A stretch of DNA of 64,000 nucleotides from positions 1-64,000 of IMG/VR virus record IMGVR_UViG_3300010383_000008. The stretch is one strand, 5' to 3'. Under the pieces are notes generated by a model. It saw only the letters and a list, made by a program, of their open reading frames with translations, had not been told where the DNA came from and did no database searches. Below, in pieces: positions 25,476 to 34,783 of the stretch (positions are counted from its first letter, which is position 1; every line of letters starts with the position of its first letter). The translations under genes and the position numbers were made by a program. Source of the stretch: a virus.

Positions 25476-26063
25476 ATGAACGAGCTCATCAAGCACGGTC
25501 GTGAACTGCTTCGCGCGCTTCGCAACCGACATTTCGAAAAGGCCGAGAACGGACTGTTGTTCCCGCGCCAGCACATCATGGTCGGCGGTTATTTCGACAC
25601 CTGGGTCAACCAGGACGAACAGCCGGGCCATGACCACAACATCGTGCCCAGCGAGGGCCTGGTTTACCTGCTGACCAGCGGCTACCTCAACGGTACGCCG
25701 GCCACCGCGCTGTATCTGGCGCCGTTCTCGGGCAACATCACCCCAAGCGCGTCGATCACCGCCGCCAACTTCACCTCCACCGCGACCGAATTCACCGCGT
25801 ACGACGAGGCGAACCGCGTGCAGTGGCAGGCCGACGCGGTGTCGGGCACGTCGGTGGCCAACGCCACCACCAAGGCCGCGTTCACGATGTCCTCCGGCGT
25901 GACCAGCCAGACCCTGTACGGCGCCGGCCTGCTGTCGTCCAGCACCAAGAGTGGCACGTCGGGCAAGTGCCTGGCCGCGACCCGCTTCAGCTCGCCGAAG
26001 ACGGGTCTCAATGCCGGCGACGTGCTGAACGTCCAGTACACGGTCAGCATGTCCTCGACCTGA
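25476..26063 (+). CDS. virion structural protein, 195 aa
   Basis: Intact ORF in the tail module. Confidence 0.6.
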   Translation: MNELIKHGRELLRALRNRHFEKAENGLLFPRQHIMVGGYFDTWVNQDEQPGHDHNIVPSEGLVYLLTSGYLNGTPATALYLAPFSGNITPSASITAANFTSTATEFTAYDEANRVQWQADAVSGTSVANATTKAAFTMSSGVTSQTLYGAGLLSSSTKSGTSGKCLAATRFSSPKTGLNAGDVLNVQYTVSMSST

Positions 26064-26066
26064 TCC

Positions 26067-28643
26067 GTGCGCTACACGGAGTGGGTGCACTGGCTGCGGA
26101 GCGGCGGGGGTAATTCCCCGCTGCTTCGTTCTGTCGCGCGCACGCTCCTTGGCACTGAAAAAGAACGCGTCGATCGTGGTGAGCTGTACCAGTCCGTCCG
26201 GCGGGTCCGTCTCGCGGACGGCTCGATGATCACGGTCGGGTTTCTCAACGGGCAGCCGTACGCGCACATCGAGTCGTCACCGGAGCTGGCTGCCGAGAAC
26301 GAAGGCGAGCTCTGCGAAATCTACATGCAGTCCGGCGTGGTAGACGCCGCCGCCGGCTCCACGCTGTACCCACCCTCCGACGCCACCTGCGCGACGATCG
26401 TCACCGGACTGGCTACCGACGCCTACCTGCGTGTCGTCACTGACGGCGCGGGCAACGCCACCATCACCGGCCGATGCGAGGCCGCGACAGCGTTTGCTGG
26501 GTTCACCGACACGGTCGTCAACGGTACGACATACACCGCGGCGCAGAAGCGTGCGGCGCAGAAGCGTGCACCGGCGTCGTGCTTCTCCGGGCTGTTGTCC
26601 GTGTACGTTCAGGCGCTGTACGGGTCCAAGGACGCGGCGTACCGCCTCACAGCGGACAACACCGGGCTGGAAATCCCGGTCGGCGACGGCACACACCTGC
26701 GGCTTCGCTGGGCGCCTGGCACGCTGACCAGCAGCGATGCCAACGGGCTGGTCAACCTCGCTGGTGACTATTACTTCGTGGCCTACGGCGCCGGTAGCGC
26801 GGTGTACTACCGCCGCATGACCACGACGGCATGCTACGTGCCCCTGCATATCCTGCTGAAGCGTTACGTGCCCAGCACGCCCGCGGACCAGGCCGCCATG
26901 GACCGGTTCGAATCGTTCTTCTTGTCGGCCGGGCGCCCGGCGGCTACTGCTGCCGCGGTGGCTCTGTCCGGCGCTACGATCGAGACTCTGACCTCGCCGT
27001 ATGGGACGACTTACGGCGCGCAGTTTTCGCGCCGCGCCGCAACCGCGACGTACGTCTATCACGGGCGTCGGGTCACGGCGACGTTCGCGCCCGACAGCGT
27101 CTCTTGCGTTGAGAATGAGAACGTCACCGACCTGCTCGCGCTGGAAGACACCCCCTTTTTCCCGCGCCTGCATTTCGTGTCGGCCGACGGCACGACAGTC
27201 AACAACGTCAACACTAAGCCCGCCCCTCCAACGATCGACGAGGACGCGCTGCCTACGTCCGTGGATGCGCCGATCTGGGCGTATTACAGCGCTGACGGGA
27301 CGCTGCAAGTGCTGCGGTATTCGTGCGAACTCGCGTTGTCCGATGACTCGCTGGGTTTTGCCGCGTTGGATGTGGCGTGCGTGTCGCAGACGTATTACAG
27401 CGACGCACCCTGGGCCACCAGTGTAAATTCGTGCGGCGATACTGTTTTCCGCAATACCTCCACCTCAGGACAGTCGGCGGATGTATTGCTCGGCTATGAT
27501 TTCTGCAATACGACGGTACGGACGCAGTCCGGGCCGCTTTCTCGCGTATTTAATTGGTCGGCCGGCTTTTATAACGCCGCCGATTCGAATGTCGCGGCTA
27601 TGACGCCGGCCTATGTCCACCGCAACGTCGTTGCAGATGGCTCCTGCGTCCACGAATTGCAGGCTTTCCAGACCGGCTACCCCGGGCTCTATGCCGAAGT
27701 AAGCGGTATTCCTGCATTGCAGTCCTTTTCCGGGGAACACGATAACGGCGATTCGTTGGAAGCTTCTTCGTCTGACCAGACGATAATCAATTCGTCGGAA
27801 ACCTCCGGTAGCTGCGATTACTGCGGTGAAACTACGACACCGTGGCCGGTGCACCCGGCCTTGGTATCGTGCAAGGTCGTGGTCGAATCGCTGGATTATT
27901 TCTCCGGGTACCCGAATGTCTACGTTATGCAGTCGTACGCTAACATCGACGCCCCCGCCGCCGATGTGTGTTTTCTGCCTACTGGCGCAGCATCGGCGTA
28001 CGTGGTCGGAAAGCTGCGCACGAAATACGGTTTGTTGGGCGGCGGTAAAATCAACTCGCCTAGTTTTTTCCAGCCGACGTGGCCGCGACTCGGTACGACT
28101 ACTGCGCCCGTGCCGATTTTCTCGTCACCGGTAACGGATTATGTTTCGTTGCGCGTGAAATACCACTTCGAGTGTCTGGTCGTCGGCCCGTTGACGTCTT
28201 ATTCGACGCCCACGTTTGTCAATACGGACGTGTCTCCGAAACCCGGCGGCAGCTACGCCATCGGCCCAGCCAGTAATGGCCGCTACGACTGCACGCTGAC
28301 GTTGGGGTTTGCGGGGGCGGCTGTCGGCAGCGGGTATGCCACCGTCGGAGCAGCGGCGCCGGCGGGCATCAGCGACGCCATTCCGCCCGCGTCAGGTTTC
28401 ACATACACCGATTACGTCGCGGCTTCGGGGGCGCCCAATTACCATACGCAAGAGCACATGCTAAACAACGCCGACCCGTTCGACTCGGACGTGCTTTTCG
28501 ACGCGCCGAGCGCGCCTTACCTTGTGCAGTCGCTGCGCGGTGATACACTCGCGCGCAGTGATTTTTTGCGCCCCTCCGGGGCATATTCGGCCGCCGCTGC
28601 CTACCCTTCGCTGACATCCCCGTCGTTCGTCGGCTGGGCATGA
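26067..28643 (+). CDS. large tail/virion structural protein, 858 aa
   Basis: GTG start; long ORF in the tail module. Confidence 0.65.
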   Translation: MRYTEWVHWLRSGGGNSPLLRSVARTLLGTEKERVDRGELYQSVRRVRLADGSMITVGFLNGQPYAHIESSPELAAENEGELCEIYMQSGVVDAAAGSTLYPPSDATCATIVTGLATDAYLRVVTDGAGNATITGRCEAATAFAGFTDTVVNGTTYTAAQKRAAQKRAPASCFSGLLSVYVQALYGSKDAAYRLTADNTGLEIPVGDGTHLRLRWAPGTLTSSDANGLVNLAGDYYFVAYGAGSAVYYRRMTTTACYVPLHILLKRYVPSTPADQAAMDRFESFFLSAGRPAATAAAVALSGATIETLTSPYGTTYGAQFSRRAATATYVYHGRRVTATFAPDSVSCVENENVTDLLALEDTPFFPRLHFVSADGTTVNNVNTKPAPPTIDEDALPTSVDAPIWAYYSADGTLQVLRYSCELALSDDSLGFAALDVACVSQTYYSDAPWATSVNSCGDTVFRNTSTSGQSADVLLGYDFCNTTVRTQSGPLSRVFNWSAGFYNAADSNVAAMTPAYVHRNVVADGSCVHELQAFQTGYPGLYAEVSGIPALQSFSGEHDNGDSLEASSSDQTIINSSETSGSCDYCGETTTPWPVHPALVSCKVVVESLDYFSGYPNVYVMQSYANIDAPAADVCFLPTGAASAYVVGKLRTKYGLLGGGKINSPSFFQPTWPRLGTTTAPVPIFSSPVTDYVSLRVKYHFECLVVGPLTSYSTPTFVNTDVSPKPGGSYAIGPASNGRYDCTLTLGFAGAAVGSGYATVGAAAPAGISDAIPPASGFTYTDYVAASGAPNYHTQEHMLNNADPFDSDVLFDAPSAPYLVQSLRGDTLARSDFLRPSGAYSAAAAYPSLTSPSFVGWA

Positions 28644-28652
28644 GGACCTGAC

Positions 28653-29840
28653 ATGACCGCACAGCTGTTTTACCCCCGCGTCAAGCAGACGGTCACCACC
28701 ACGGGCACCGGCGGCGTCTTCGATCTGACCTCTGGCACCGCGCCTACGGGCTTCCTGTCCTTCGCCGACGTGCACGCCCAGCTTGCGCTGGGCAACTACT
28801 ACGTCTTCTACGCGATGGATGACGGCACCAACTTCGAGATTGGCTCCGGCGTATTCAGCGGCTTCGGTGCTACGCTGACCCGCGACGCGGTCATCGTCAG
28901 CTCGAACGCCAATGCTGCGGTTGACTGGGGCGCGGGCGACAAGACCTTAGCGCTGATCAATTACGCTTCTGGCGCCGTAGCAGTCGACGGTGCGAGCGCG
29001 GCGTCGTTCAGCACCGGCAGCCTGCCTGAAGCCTTCGGCGCACAGTCGCTGGCCATCGGCACAATCTCTACCGACGGGACCGCCGACGGCGGTGCGTACG
29101 TGGACGGCACTGACGCTATCGCCATCAAGGGGTCAGCCAGCGGCACAGGCGCCGTCGCCATCGCCAACGCCTACGCCAACGGCGATTACTCGGTTGCGAT
29201 CGGCACTGGCGCCGCGACGAACATCATCACCTCCGGCGCGGTGGCCGTAGGGTATGGCGCGACGGCGCACAAGAACGATTCGATTGCTGTCGGTACGGAC
29301 GCGAACACCAACGGCGGAGGCACACAGGCCGTCGCGATCGGCCTGCGCGCCGCGTCGTTCACGCAGAACGCCGTGGCACTCGGTACTGACTCGCTGGCAT
29401 TCATGTCCGATTCGATTGCTTGGGGGCCGGGCAATGCCGACGCCGGCGCGCTCGGCACCGGCAGCACGGTGCTGTCGTTGTTCCTGAACAAGACCAGCGG
29501 CAGCGGCACGGCCGAAGTCATGCGACTGCCTTCAACCGGCGTGTCGCCCACGTTTGACGAGTCCACGTCGGGCTACCAGGCGTTCGCAGTGCTCTACGGC
29601 AAGCTGATCGGCCATAACGTCACCGACTACAAGGTGTTCGACATCGTCGTGGCGATGCACCGTATCTCCGGCACCGTGACGCTACTCGGCTCGCCGACGA
29701 TTACCGCCGGTGTGGCGTCGGCTGGCGCGTCTGGCTGGACGGCTACTGCCGCCATCAGCGGCACCGCGCTGGACATCTCGATCGACGCTGCGGCGTCGAA
29801 GTGGGCCGGTACCCTGACCATGGCCTGGAGCAACACCTAA
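28653..29840 (+). CDS. tail fibre protein with repetitive xxA(I/V)G head-like repeats
   Basis: AGGA RBS. The central region has repeated ..SLAIGT.., ..AIAIKG.., ..AVAIAN.., ..SVAIGTG.., ..AVAVGYG.., ..SIAVGTD.., ..AVAIGL.., ..AVALGTD.. motifs. Confidence 0.6.
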   Translation: MTAQLFYPRVKQTVTTTGTGGVFDLTSGTAPTGFLSFADVHAQLALGNYYVFYAMDDGTNFEIGSGVFSGFGATLTRDAVIVSSNANAAVDWGAGDKTLALINYASGAVAVDGASAASFSTGSLPEAFGAQSLAIGTISTDGTADGGAYVDGTDAIAIKGSASGTGAVAIANAYANGDYSVAIGTGAATNIITSGAVAVGYGATAHKNDSIAVGTDANTNGGGTQAVAIGLRAASFTQNAVALGTDSLAFMSDSIAWGPGNADAGALGTGSTVLSLFLNKTSGSGTAEVMRLPSTGVSPTFDESTSGYQAFAVLYGKLIGHNVTDYKVFDIVVAMHRISGTVTLLGSPTITAGVASAGASGWTATAAISGTALDISIDAAASKWAGTLTMAWSNT

Positions 29841-31087
29841 TGATCGACGAGCCGATTGGTGCTGCGCCGATCGGCGCCTCCGCCGCGGCTGGCGCGCCGC
29901 CGCCGGTGCTGTCGGCGGATGCGCTCGACGCACTGACGTCGTCGGAGACGTACACACTGACTACGCCGATCGCCAACAGCTATCCGGAAGACACCGTGTC
30001 CGCCAGTGATCTCACTGTCGCTGGTGACGTGTACTACGCGCTGGCTGACGCGCTCGGCCTCAGTGATTCGGCGCTGGTGACGGTCTATCCCACCCTGCGC
30101 GATGCGGCGCTGCTGGTCGATGCGGCCACCGCAACCGTGCTGCGCGGGGCCACGCTGGCGGACGCCATCGCGCTGGCGGACCTGCTGCGGGCTGCGTACG
30201 ACGCGCTGCTGGAAGAGGCGATCACGGTCGACACGGTCGATTCGACCACGGCATACAAGCTGGCGCTGCTGGCCGAACGTGTCCTGGCGACCGGCCTCGC
30301 CACCAGCTACCAGCAGGCGTACGCCGCGGCGGTCTCGGCCGTGGCGGTCAGCGTCCTGAGCGGGTCGCACTACTTCGAAGGCGCGTTGGCTGACACCGTG
30401 GGAGCAACCGAAGACCTGCTGGCCGTACTGGTGCTGCTGGCGGGCATGTCCGACGAGGCCACGTTCGAAGATACTGCCGTACCAACCGTACGCATGACCG
30501 CGGTCTTCGCCGACAGCACCACGCTGGCGGACGCCATCGCCGCGCAGGCGACGATGGGTCAACTGCTGGAGGACGCCGTCGGCGTCACCGTCGCGCTCAG
30601 CTATGGCGGGGCCGAATACGTCGGCTTCGTGCTCAATACGACCAACAAAGCCGCCAGCAGCTACACGAACTTCCCGTTCAACAGCATGGCACGCCTCGAC
30701 GGGCGCTACTTCGCCATGGCTGATGACGGTCTGTACGAGCTCGCCGGCGATACCGACGACGGGACACCGATCACGGCAACGCTGCGCACCGGCCTGATGA
30801 ACTTCGGCTCGCAGGCGTTCAAGCGGCTGCCGGCGGTCTACTTCGGGGCCAAGACCGACGGCACTTTCCTCTTCAGCGTCATCGTGACGTCCACGACCGG
30901 TACCAAGCAGCAGTACCAGTACACCATGGCGGAAAAGACCGCCGCGGCGGTGCGCGAGCACCGGCTGGAACCAGGCAAGGGTCTCAAATCGGTGTACTGG
31001 CAGTTCGAATTGGAAACGGTGGACGGCGCAGACCTGATGCTCGATACTCTGGCAATGGCGCCGATGGTGCTTAATTACAGGGTCTGA
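29840..31087 (+). CDS. virion structural protein, 415 aa
   Basis: Start at ATG 29840 (TAATG overlap). Ala/Leu-rich N-terminal half. Confidence 0.6.
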   Translation: MIDEPIGAAPIGASAAAGAPPPVLSADALDALTSSETYTLTTPIANSYPEDTVSASDLTVAGDVYYALADALGLSDSALVTVYPTLRDAALLVDAATATVLRGATLADAIALADLLRAAYDALLEEAITVDTVDSTTAYKLALLAERVLATGLATSYQQAYAAAVSAVAVSVLSGSHYFEGALADTVGATEDLLAVLVLLAGMSDEATFEDTAVPTVRMTAVFADSTTLADAIAAQATMGQLLEDAVGVTVALSYGGAEYVGFVLNTTNKAASSYTNFPFNSMARLDGRYFAMADDGLYELAGDTDDGTPITATLRTGLMNFGSQAFKRLPAVYFGAKTDGTFLFSVIVTSTTGTKQQYQYTMAEKTAAAVREHRLEPGKGLKSVYWQFELETVDGADLMLDTLAMAPMVLNYRV

Positions 31088-31089
31088 TC

Positions 31090-32985
31090 ATGACCGTCGC
31101 CGAAAACAATGGGAGCACCCTGGCGTATCCGCAGGATTTTGTCGCGGATGGCTGGTACACCTTCAAGGATATTGCGCTCGACGCGATCGCCGCAGCTGAC
31201 GAAGCTGCGAATCGTGTAGCACAGTTCTCGGTGTCGCCCGAAGTTTTCAATATCACGTTCGACGATATTCCGATCGGCAATACACTGGTATTGCCGCCGC
31301 CGCCGACCGCACCGAATATTCAGTTCAACGGCCCGACCATCCCCGAGTTCGTCGCCTCGGGTGTGGACACGTCGATCACCCTGCCGGCCGAGCCCACCGC
31401 ACCGGACTTCTCCGGCATGGATACGCTGGCCATCCCGGACAACGCGCCGGGCGACTTCACGGTCGCAGCTCCGGCCCGCCCGGACGTCGATTTTACGGTC
31501 GTTTTTCCGGAAGACCCGACGCTCACCCTGCCGGCCGCGCCGACCCTGTTCGATCTGGCGCTGCCTGACGCACCGTCGATCACCCTGCCGACCTTTACCG
31601 CCCACGCGCCCACGTTCGACAAGGACGCCCCGGGCAACACGTTCGCGTTCGCCGAAGTGGCATACACCCCCAAGGTGCTGGACGAGGTCACGGCCGAAAT
31701 CAAGTCCATGCTCAACGGCGTAGGGCTGCCGCCCGACGTCGAGCAGCAGCTGTACGACCGCGCGCGCTCGCGCGAGGAAGAGAACGCCTTCCGCGCGCTC
31801 CAGGATGTTGACGACGAGTTTGCCTCGCGCGGGTTCGACGAGCCGCAGGGCATCTGGGCACGCCGCCGCGACATGGCGCGCGAGACCACGCGCAAGCAGA
31901 TGAACCAGCTCTCCCGCGATACGTATGTCCAGGCGCAGCAGCAGTTCATCGAGAACCTGCGCTTCGCCGTGGCGCAGGGCATCGCGGCCGAAGGGCTCAA
32001 CATCCAGCTGCACAACGCAGTGATGGACCGTGCGCTCCAGTCGGCGCGCGCCACCGCCGAGATCGAACTGGCTGTGTTCAACGCCGGCGTGTCGGCGTTC
32101 AACGCCAAGGTGCAGGCGTTCGGCGCCCAGGCCGAGGCGTTCCGTACCCAGCTCCAGGCCGCGCTGGCACGGCTGGACGAATACAAGTCGCTGATCGAGG
32201 CGCAGGCCCAGATCGGCCAGCTGAACCAGACGCTGGTGGCGCAGTACGAGGCCGGTGTGCGCGCCGTGCAGGCGCAGGCGGACATCTACAAGACCCGCGT
32301 CGAAGCGGCGTCCGCGCAGGTGCAGGCCAAGGCGCAGCAGATCGAGGCGTACCGCGCCGACGTCGGCGCTTACACCGCACAGGTGCAGGCGTACACCGCC
32401 CGCTGGGACGGCTACCGCTCGTCGGTACAGGCGTATTCGTCCAAGCTCGGGGTCTACTCGGTCGCTGCCGACGTGTACAAGACCCGCGTTGGGGCGTGGA
32501 GCCAGCAGGCTGACGTGCAGTTCAAGCGCGTCGACGCCGAGCTCCAGAAGGCCGAGGGCCAGATTCGCGCCTTCACCGCCCGTCTGGACGGCGTGCGCGC
32601 AGCGCTCTCCGCCGAGTCGGAGCGCACCAAGACGCTGGCGCTGTCCTACCAGACCCAGGCGGCGGTGTTCGAATCGACCGCCAAGGTCGCCCAGACCGAG
32701 AGCGAAACCCGGCTGCGCGAAGTACAGCTGGCCATCGCCCGGGAAACGGCCGAGGCGGACGTACAGCTCAAGAACGCCGAATTGCGCGCCACCAACCTGA
32801 TTCAGAACGCCCAGCTTATGCTGGAAGCCCTGCGTGGTATTATGCAGGCGCGCGTTCAGATGGCGGCCAGTGCGCTTTCTGGCGTCAATTTCGGGGCGAG
32901 TTACTCGGGCAGCCTGTCGGACAGCTTCAGCAAGTCGGTCAGCTTCAGCTATTCGGGCGATACGACCGGCCCGGCCGCACCATAA
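31090..32985 (+). CDS. internal virion / ejection-type coiled-coil protein, 631 aa
   Basis: N-terminal Pro-rich repeats, then a long Q/A-rich heptad region (..AQVQAKAQQIEAYRADVGAYTAQVQAYTARW..). Confidence 0.6.
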   Translation: MTVAENNGSTLAYPQDFVADGWYTFKDIALDAIAAADEAANRVAQFSVSPEVFNITFDDIPIGNTLVLPPPPTAPNIQFNGPTIPEFVASGVDTSITLPAEPTAPDFSGMDTLAIPDNAPGDFTVAAPARPDVDFTVVFPEDPTLTLPAAPTLFDLALPDAPSITLPTFTAHAPTFDKDAPGNTFAFAEVAYTPKVLDEVTAEIKSMLNGVGLPPDVEQQLYDRARSREEENAFRALQDVDDEFASRGFDEPQGIWARRRDMARETTRKQMNQLSRDTYVQAQQQFIENLRFAVAQGIAAEGLNIQLHNAVMDRALQSARATAEIELAVFNAGVSAFNAKVQAFGAQAEAFRTQLQAALARLDEYKSLIEAQAQIGQLNQTLVAQYEAGVRAVQAQADIYKTRVEAASAQVQAKAQQIEAYRADVGAYTAQVQAYTARWDGYRSSVQAYSSKLGVYSVAADVYKTRVGAWSQQADVQFKRVDAELQKAEGQIRAFTARLDGVRAALSAESERTKTLALSYQTQAAVFESTAKVAQTESETRLREVQLAIARETAEADVQLKNAELRATNLIQNAQLMLEALRGIMQARVQMAASALSGVNFGASYSGSLSDSFSKSVSFSYSGDTTGPAAP

Positions 32986-32995
32986 GGGGTATCCC

Positions 32996-33361
32996 ATGGC
33001 ACGCAGTAACGACCTGCCGGACGACTTGCGACAAGGTGTCGACGCGGCTAAAGCCGCCGAAAACGCGCCTTACGGTTCGATCGCCTACCGCGATAATCCG
33101 CTGCAATACGGCAGCGCGCTGCGCCGTAAATATGCCGGCGTATTCGAACCGCGCATGACCACGCAAGAAGAAGATGACGACGCGCAGATCAAACAGAACT
33201 CGCGTGTGTTGACCTTGCGTCGGCAAAATATGATGCTGCAAGACACCGCATCGCCGAGTATCTTCCAGAATAAGCAGCAGCTCCTGCTGCGGCGGCAGCA
33301 GCAGCAACTGAACCCCTCCTACCCTGACCTCGGCTTGGATGATCCCTACGATGGATACTAA
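32996..33361 (+). CDS. hypothetical virion protein, 121 aa
   Basis: Start moved to ATG 32996 after AAGGGGT. Confidence 0.55.
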   Translation: MARSNDLPDDLRQGVDAAKAAENAPYGSIAYRDNPLQYGSALRRKYAGVFEPRMTTQEEDDDAQIKQNSRVLTLRRQNMMLQDTASPSIFQNKQQLLLRRQQQQLNPSYPDLGLDDPYDGY

Positions 33362-33548
33362 GACCAGCGGGCTCCGTCGCGGACAGGTGCTCGAAAAGTT
33401 CAAAGCCAATCGTGACGCGCTGCGCCGCTCGTATCCGGCGACCTCGTCTGGTACCGCTGCACCGGCCGCGCCTACCGACATCGACACGCCGAGCCACGAC
33501 GGCCAGGTATCGATGCGCCGTTTTCGCCCGTCGATGATGAAGCGCTGA
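33339..33548 (+). CDS. hypothetical protein, 65-69 aa
   Basis: Overlaps the upstream gene end; an alternative start lies at ATG 33351. Confidence 0.45.
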   Translation: MIPTMDTKTSGLRRGQVLEKFKANRDALRRSYPATSSGTAAPAAPTDIDTPSHDGQVSMRRFRPSMMKR

Positions 33549-33550
33549 CC

Positions 33551-34783
33551 ATGGCCCTGAATCAGAACTACAACGTCGGCGTGCCGTCCAAGAAACTGGA
33601 CCCTTCGGCGCCCAAGGACACCAAGAGCCTGATGCGCCGTGCGGCAGCGTCACCGTTCGCCGGCGGCCTGCCGATCGCCGAAGCAATGGGCGCTGCCACC
33701 ACACAGGTGAACAAGAACATCGCCGCGACAACCGCCCCCGAGGCGGCGCCGGCTGGTGGCCCGGCGACGACCGCCGACAACATCAGTCAGGACAATCTGG
33801 CCGTCGCCAACGCGATGGGCGGCCGACTGGCGAACGGCGTGCGCCGCTATCAGATGGACGGGCGCAACGCCGTGGCCGGCTACGTCACGCGCGGCAAGGA
33901 CGGCTCGGTGGTGTTCACCGACGACGCCAACTACGCGGCGCGCAACAGCGCCGGCGGACTGCGTCGCGGCGAAATCCCGGACGAAGCGTATGTCCACACG
34001 CAAGGGCCACGCGCCGAGTTCGAATACGCCAAGTCCGGCTTGGAGCAGAAGGGGCTGCGCCGGCAGGACTTCCACGACCTGACGCCCGAGCAGACGCAGG
34101 CCGCGTTCGACTACGCCGGTGATGCCGCGTCCAAAGCCCCCAACGCCGATATCGCGCTGTCGAACCAGATCGATGCCAACATGCTGCGCGCGCACAAGTT
34201 CGATCAGGACCAGCGCGCGGCCGAAGCCGCCGCTTCGATCGACCCGCGCACGCAGATCGCCCTGTTCCGCGCGCAGACTGCCGCCGAGCGCAACACGATC
34301 GCGCAGGGCCAGCTGGAGGCAACCCGCGAGGGCGTGCGCCGGCAGGGCGCCGCCGAGGACCGCGCCGCGCAGAAGGACTTCTTCAGCCAGTACCAGGCGC
34401 TCAAAGCCAACGACCCCAAGAGCGCGGAGAACTACCTGTTCAACGCGATCCCGAACGACCCGAAGCAGTTCGACCAGTGGGCCGCCACGCCGGCAGGTCG
34501 TAGCGTGCTCAACACGTACATGACCGATTACCTGCAACCGCAGGCGCAGTCGTCGTTGTTCCCGCTCGAATGGGGGGACAGCCGCCAAGTTCCGCATCTC
34601 AACTACGGCAACTTGGACCTCGGCCCGAACGAAGACGGGTTCAAGGGCATCATCAACCCGGACGGCAACACCGACGAGTACCCCGCGCAGGGTCTCTTCG
34701 GCACGGACAATTACAACTCGATCAACCGGTTCTCCCCGGCTATCCTCCGCCGCCTGAAGCGTCTCAATACGGAAACCCAGTAA
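33551..34783 (+). CDS. internal virion protein, 410 aa
   Basis: Intact ORF; its TAA overlaps the ATG of the giant gene (TAATG). Confidence 0.6.
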   Translation: MALNQNYNVGVPSKKLDPSAPKDTKSLMRRAAASPFAGGLPIAEAMGAATTQVNKNIAATTAPEAAPAGGPATTADNISQDNLAVANAMGGRLANGVRRYQMDGRNAVAGYVTRGKDGSVVFTDDANYAARNSAGGLRRGEIPDEAYVHTQGPRAEFEYAKSGLEQKGLRRQDFHDLTPEQTQAAFDYAGDAASKAPNADIALSNQIDANMLRAHKFDQDQRAAEAAASIDPRTQIALFRAQTAAERNTIAQGQLEATREGVRRQGAAEDRAAQKDFFSQYQALKANDPKSAENYLFNAIPNDPKQFDQWAATPAGRSVLNTYMTDYLQPQAQSSLFPLEWGDSRQVPHLNYGNLDLGPNEDGFKGIINPDGNTDEYPAQGLFGTDNYNSINRFSPAILRRLKRLNTETQ

